Shown one piece after another: positions 40,974 through 45,251 of a stretch of DNA of 45,251 bases (its first letter is position 1; the number at the start of each line of letters is the position of its first letter). The notes under the pieces were generated by a model. That model had not been told where the DNA came from, did not search any database, and worked only from the letters and a program-made list of their open reading frames with translations. A program made the position numbers and the translations under genes. Source of the DNA: Escherichia phage vB_EcoS-101114BS4; sequence record NC_073061.1; one strand, written 5' to 3'.

Positions 40974-43238
40974 ATGAGCTTAATTAAATTCGCAGTAACA
41001 AGACCCGCTAAAAAAGGCGAAAAAGCCAGGGCGGAAAACTTCGAGATGACCACTGATGAGTTTTTCGAATTTATCAATGATGCGAAAGAAATCTCCTCGG
41101 TGCACATCAACAAGACTGAAGATAAAGCCGAGTATGCGCGCCGCAAGCGTAAGGCCGATGGCATCGTGGCCTATACCAATGATGGGTTACGCCGCAAGAC
41201 CAGTGCGGTCGACCGCTCGATCCTGTTCTTCGATATTGACCGCACCGACACCCGCACATTACGCCGCTGCCGTAAAGCGTTCACCGACGCTGGTCTGGAG
41301 CATGTATTCCACACCACGACCGGCGACCGTCACCCACTGAAAGGCGGCACACGTTGCGCCCGTTTCCTGGTGCTCACTGACAAGCCTGTACCGGCTGAAG
41401 ACCTGGGCCGCGTCCAGTATGCGCTATTAGACCAACTGGGCCTGTCAGATGTGGACTTCGACGATTGTACGAAAGACACCAACCGCCTTATGTACCTGCC
41501 TCACCAGCAGTCTGTCATAAAGTGCCACTACGGAAAGCGCGCCCGTGTCCGTCGTCTGCTTCGCCTGGCTGACAAGCTGGGAGTGGAGAAAGAGGAAGTG
41601 CGCCGCGAACTGACCCAGGGCGCCGATGGCGTGGCGGACGGCATTCTGGATTGGTGCTTCCAGGCTGGCTTTGAACCACTGTCATCCGGTCGCGGTTATG
41701 AAGTGCCTTGCCCGAACGAGCACCTGCATAGCGGCGGCGGGTCGACGGCTATCATGGTTAAGGATGGCGAGATCCGTTTCAAGTGTATGCACACCGGCAA
41801 CGAATGCTGTTCCGAACTGAATAAACACCAGCACCTGGCGCTGCGTCTGATCGGCATCCCGGACCACTTGAACGTTGAACCGCACAACATGTCACGCAAG
41901 CAAATCGCCGCCATCCTTCCGGGACTGGACGACGAGGAAGTGGAATCATGCTATGAACATATTGTTGATGCGGTCGGCGACGGCGACGAGTACGGCGAAT
42001 GCACCGACGCTGACCTGGACAACGAACCTGTTGCACTATTCAGTAAGCACGACCCGATCATCGAAGGCCTGGTCAACTTCAAATCGACCTGGTATCTTGC
42101 CGGTGAGTCGAACATTGGTAAGTCGTTCTACGTGCTGGGCCAGATGGCGTCCGTATCTGCCGGTATTCCGTTTGGTGGCGCGAAGGTCGTCCAGTCGCAT
42201 TGCTTCTATTTCGACGCGGAAGGTGGCGAAGCCTCCAACCAGCGTAAGGAAGCACTGCAGATTAAATACGAGCACGACCTCGACAAGCTGCACATTATCG
42301 ACCTGCAATCACGCGGCTGGGATATTACCAGCAAGTCAGGCTTGCGCGAGGTTATCAGCTTTATCAACCGCACCGCTAACGGGGAGCCGGTTGGCCTGGT
42401 GGCCTTCGACTCACTCAACCAGACTGTAGCGCTGCGGTCCGCTGATGCCAAACCGTTCGACGAGAACAACGCCAGCGATATGGGCGAAGTGGTCAAGGCG
42501 CTGAAGGCCATTGCGGAAAATACAGGCGGCAGTGCGGGCGTCATCCATCACCCGGCTAAGGGTGCAAACGGCAGCAGATCCCCACGCGGGTCCGGCGCGC
42601 TTCATGGTGCTGTCGATTCTGCGTTCTTCCTGGAACAGCCGGACGATAATCAGCCAGGCCAACTCAACCTGTATCACGAAAAATCCCGTAACGGCATCAA
42701 GCAAGCGCCGCGTGGCTTCGTCCTGCTCAAATGCAAGGTGAAGGTGGATCTCCGTAAGTCCGAGGCGTTCGAAGCCCACCAGTCCACCAGCACCGGTCCG
42801 GACTTCGGCGATGTGGTTGCCGGTTGGGACGTCAAGCCAATTGCATCCACGCCACGCGACGAGACTCTCTACCTCGTACCGGTCGCCCTGGCACCGTTCG
42901 CTGTCGAACAGGCTAAGGCCGCAGGCAAGGCCGCAGTTAAGGAAGAGAACACCGCCGGACCGCGCAACGAAAAAGAGAAGGTGCTTTATGCGGCACTGGA
43001 AAAACTGATGGAAGATAACCCGGACCATACTGGATTCAGTAAATCGGCAATTGTCCGCCAGGCTGGACTCGCGAAAGGCGGAACATCGACGAAGGCAATC
43101 GACGATATGGTGGAGCGCGGCGTGCTCGGTTTTTATACAGATCCACACACCGGGGCCATCTATGGGTCGTCGAATCTGGTCATCAAATCGGATATCCCAA
43201 TCACGCTTTCGGCGACCGATGATGACCTGAAAGATTAA
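40974..43238 (+). CDS. Primase-helicase (primase/polymerase N-domain, zinc-binding region, P-loop helicase)
   Basis: 754 aa; ILFFDIDRTD, cysteine-rich CPNEHLH...FKCMHTGNECC, Walker A GESNIGKS, Walker B-like LVAFDSL. Confidence 0.7.
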   Translation: MSLIKFAVTRPAKKGEKARAENFEMTTDEFFEFINDAKEISSVHINKTEDKAEYARRKRKADGIVAYTNDGLRRKTSAVDRSILFFDIDRTDTRTLRRCRKAFTDAGLEHVFHTTTGDRHPLKGGTRCARFLVLTDKPVPAEDLGRVQYALLDQLGLSDVDFDDCTKDTNRLMYLPHQQSVIKCHYGKRARVRRLLRLADKLGVEKEEVRRELTQGADGVADGILDWCFQAGFEPLSSGRGYEVPCPNEHLHSGGGSTAIMVKDGEIRFKCMHTGNECCSELNKHQHLALRLIGIPDHLNVEPHNMSRKQIAAILPGLDDEEVESCYEHIVDAVGDGDEYGECTDADLDNEPVALFSKHDPIIEGLVNFKSTWYLAGESNIGKSFYVLGQMASVSAGIPFGGAKVVQSHCFYFDAEGGEASNQRKEALQIKYEHDLDKLHIIDLQSRGWDITSKSGLREVISFINRTANGEPVGLVAFDSLNQTVALRSADAKPFDENNASDMGEVVKALKAIAENTGGSAGVIHHPAKGANGSRSPRGSGALHGAVDSAFFLEQPDDNQPGQLNLYHEKSRNGIKQAPRGFVLLKCKVKVDLRKSEAFEAHQSTSTGPDFGDVVAGWDVKPIASTPRDETLYLVPVALAPFAVEQAKAAGKAAVKEENTAGPRNEKEKVLYAALEKLMEDNPDHTGFSKSAIVRQAGLAKGGTSTKAIDDMVERGVLGFYTDPHTGAIYGSSNLVIKSDIPITLSATDDDLKD

Positions 43239-43318
43239 TTTTTGCGCGCATTGGTTGCCAAATTGAGTGTTTTTAGCTGGTCGCATTGGTTGCCGTGTAG
43301 TGTAAATATAGTGAATAG

Positions 43319-43527
43319 TTATGCAGTTTTATTGCATAAAGTAAGCGGGACAAAAAGCGGGACAGACAGGGGGCGGGACAAAGCGGGACAGCACCCCTGT
43401 CCCGCCCCGGATGGCGCGGCTTGCAGGGGGGCGGGACAGGCGGGACAAACCCCAGTCTTTCAGACTAGACGGGGGTCAGTTGGCCCCCCTCGTCTGAGAC
43501 TGCATAAAATCCGGGATTGCATAATGT
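43319..43527. repeat. Copy B of the duplicated iteron-plus-hairpin element, flanked by inverted TGCATAA motifs
   Basis: Six GCGGGACA repeats (43345-43450), hairpin cagtctttcagactagacgggggtcagttggcccccctcgtctgagactg (43453-43502), ttatgcag at the left and ctgcataa at the right edge. Confidence 0.85.
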
Positions 43528-43718
43528 ACGGCAGCATGATGTGAATTGCTGTCGTCGACGAACTAGGCAACCAATGCGAGTTGCAAAATGGAGAGTGAAA
43601 AATGCAGTTTGCAGTTACAGCGGATAGGGATCGGCTTTTTCATACGCATGATTAATATTGGTTGCAATCAGCCTGGCACCTTGCTAGATTGGTTGCTCAC
43701 CAACATGAGGACTGAACA

Positions 43719-44045
43719 ATGAGAGCATTAATCTGGAATTACTCACTGGCAATGGCGGCGGCACAAGAAGCGGCGGAGTTCGCCGGTGAAGGGGCGGAAG
43801 CGGTCGAAAGACTAGCGGCAGCGTGGTCCGTTGTTCGCTTCGCGCAGCAGGCCATCGCCTGGATGCTTGAGCGCCGCTTCGACACGATGGCGGAGATCCA
43901 GCCGTTGGCGAACGCTATCCAGGACTACGCGCTTGCATTTGCCCGTGAGCGCCTGGCGTATCGCTTCGGTATTGGCGATAAGGCAGTGACAAACGTCGCC
44001 AGGATTAAAGCCCAGCGCGAACTATTCGCCCAGCTTGCGAAATAA
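43719..44045 (+). CDS. Hypothetical protein
   Basis: 108-aa Ala-rich ORF with GAGGA RBS. Confidence 0.5.
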   Translation: MRALIWNYSLAMAAAQEAAEFAGEGAEAVERLAAAWSVVRFAQQAIAWMLERRFDTMAEIQPLANAIQDYALAFARERLAYRFGIGDKAVTNVARIKAQRELFAQLAK

Positions 44046-44054
44046 GGGGCTAAA

Positions 44055-44324
44055 ATGAGCCGTAGGCGAGCTAAACAGCTTTCTTGGCACATTCCCCTGC
44101 ATTGCATACGAATATGGGCTAAGAACGCGATTGAGGGCGATTCCGTGTACTGGTGCTATCGCGATGACGTGAAGCCACTAACGCAGACTCGCTACTTGCA
44201 CCAGTTCGCAGCACAACATGATTTCTATGTGCGGACTTCCTTGCAACCAATGGGAATACGTATTACATTACGCCGGAAGCCCGCCGTTGAGCGGGTAGGC
44301 AAACACTGGAGACTGAGCAAATGA
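44055..44324 (+). CDS. Hypothetical protein
   Basis: 89-aa basic ORF; contains a GCAACCAA motif at 44243. Confidence 0.45.
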   Translation: MSRRRAKQLSWHIPLHCIRIWAKNAIEGDSVYWCYRDDVKPLTQTRYLHQFAAQHDFYVRTSLQPMGIRITLRRKPAVERVGKHWRLSK

Positions 44325-44530
44325 CGCCAATGCAAATAACGCTAATGGACGGCTTCTTACAAGGTAATATCGACCTGGACAGCTGCCGCGACTCCTACAC
44401 CTATTACGGCATCGCTACGGTATGCGACGGCGACAGCAAAACTGCCGACGAGGTCGACGAAAGCGAATGCGACCACAACCCGCAAGATGAAATCATCGTG
44501 TGCGACAAGTGCGGCACGGTTAAACTTTAA
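44321..44530 (+). CDS. Small cysteine-rich (zinc-ribbon-like) protein
   Basis: 69 aa with CDGD...ECDHN...CDKCG; ATGA overlap with the upstream stop. Confidence 0.45.
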   Translation: MTPMQITLMDGFLQGNIDLDSCRDSYTYYGIATVCDGDSKTADEVDESECDHNPQDEIIVCDKCGTVKL

Positions 44531-44543
44531 GGAGACTGAGAAA

Positions 44544-45176
44544 ATGAAATTACTATTCCGCCGTAACTCAGATGGCTATATCCTGAAGCCGATCCAGACC
44601 TTATCGAACTGGGTACGCCTCCACCACGTTGCAAGCGATAAAGTCTGGTGGGCGACTAAGGCAAAGCTGCCGGAGTACTACGAAATCCTCACACACGATA
44701 TCGAGCGCGGCGATGTGCTGCGGGATATTCGCGACGGGCAATTGTGGGTCGTGGAATACACCTACCGGCACGGCCTGCGTATGACGTCCCGCAAGGATGG
44801 CGTAGCGGGCAACATGGTCAAGGGCATGACGTACTTCGGGCTAATCAACTACGAACGAGTGGGCCGCAAGTACAGCCTGCGTGCCCGCCAGCCACATGAG
44901 CGAGCGAACGCCATAGCTGACGTCGTCAACCGCGTAACGCGTGAGGTGGCGCAGAAGATGAGCGTTGAGTTCCGCAAATCCCAGCCAGCGTATGCGACCT
45001 ACGACGCCCGCCAGGTGCAGGCCAGACTTAACAAGGCCACGCATGAGATAATTAATCACGTTGATGCCGTGACGAATGCGCAGCGCATGGCCCGCGAATA
45101 CGGCGTAGGATTCATCCGTGTCGAGCCAGACGGCAGCATGTCCGCTATAGACCCGCGCTCGGTAATACTGAAATGA
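44544..45176 (+). CDS. Hypothetical protein
   Basis: 210 aa from ATG 44544 (MKLLFRRNSDGY...) with AAGGAG RBS; its 3' end lies in the terminal repeat. Confidence 0.55.
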   Translation: MKLLFRRNSDGYILKPIQTLSNWVRLHHVASDKVWWATKAKLPEYYEILTHDIERGDVLRDIRDGQLWVVEYTYRHGLRMTSRKDGVAGNMVKGMTYFGLINYERVGRKYSLRARQPHERANAIADVVNRVTREVAQKMSVEFRKSQPAYATYDARQVQARLNKATHEIINHVDAVTNAQRMAREYGVGFIRVEPDGSMSAIDPRSVILK

Positions 45177-45251
45177 GCGCGACTATCCGTGATATGCTTA
45201 TGCATAACCGCTTTGAGATAGGCGGGCGAGTATTCTGCAATTACTTCGTGG
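45125..45251. repeat. Terminal direct repeat, second copy (identical to 1..127)
   Basis: Exact 127-bp match to the window start. Confidence 0.9.

Noticed and set aside
1-45251. Integrated prophage with att sites defined by the 127-bp terminal repeat
   Set aside because: No integrase, excisionase or repressor gene recognised and no flanking host genes; the repeat is better explained as terminal redundancy or circular assembly overlap of a complete phage genome

Overview
The window reads as a complete, terminally redundant genome of a tailed dsDNA phage of about 45.1 kb (bases 1..127 are repeated exactly at 45125..45251). All calls are made by eye from the sequence and ORF track; no searches or computations were run. 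Layout: (i) + strand 174..27662: lysis genes (membrane protein, holin, endolysin), an HTH-metallophosphoesterase, terminase small and large subunits, portal, head morphogenesis protein, overlapped Rz/Rz1-like spanins, scaffold, major capsid, connector proteins, major tail protein, a G/GT-type chaperone with a -1 frameshift site, tape measure, lambda-like M/L/K/I/J tail tip genes and a lateral tail fibre; (ii) two antisense inserts inside this module: a DnaN-like half-clamp plus an unknown gene (8636..9970) and a receptor-binding-protein-like gene plus a small lipoprotein (24865..26054); (iii) a long leftward operon (27689..40228, - strand) with family-A DNA polymerase, SNF2-type helicase, VRR-NUC and Cas4-like nucleases, an SSB-like protein, a Dam-like and a compact C5-cytosine-methyltransferase-like protein, a HAD nucleotidase and small unknown ORFs; (iv) a divergent control region (40229..40633) and rightward genes including an HTH regulator and a primase-helicase. 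No integrase or CI-type repressor was recognised, so the phage is probably virulent. No tRNA, rRNA or CRISPR array was seen. The most unusual signals are the truncated beta-clamp homolog, a roughly 20-fold over-represented GCAACCAA motif at intergenic sites, a duplicated GCGGGACA iteron plus hairpin element at two distant loci, a candidate small antisense RNA unit in the control region, and a C5-methyltransferase-like protein too short to hold a normal target-recognition domain.
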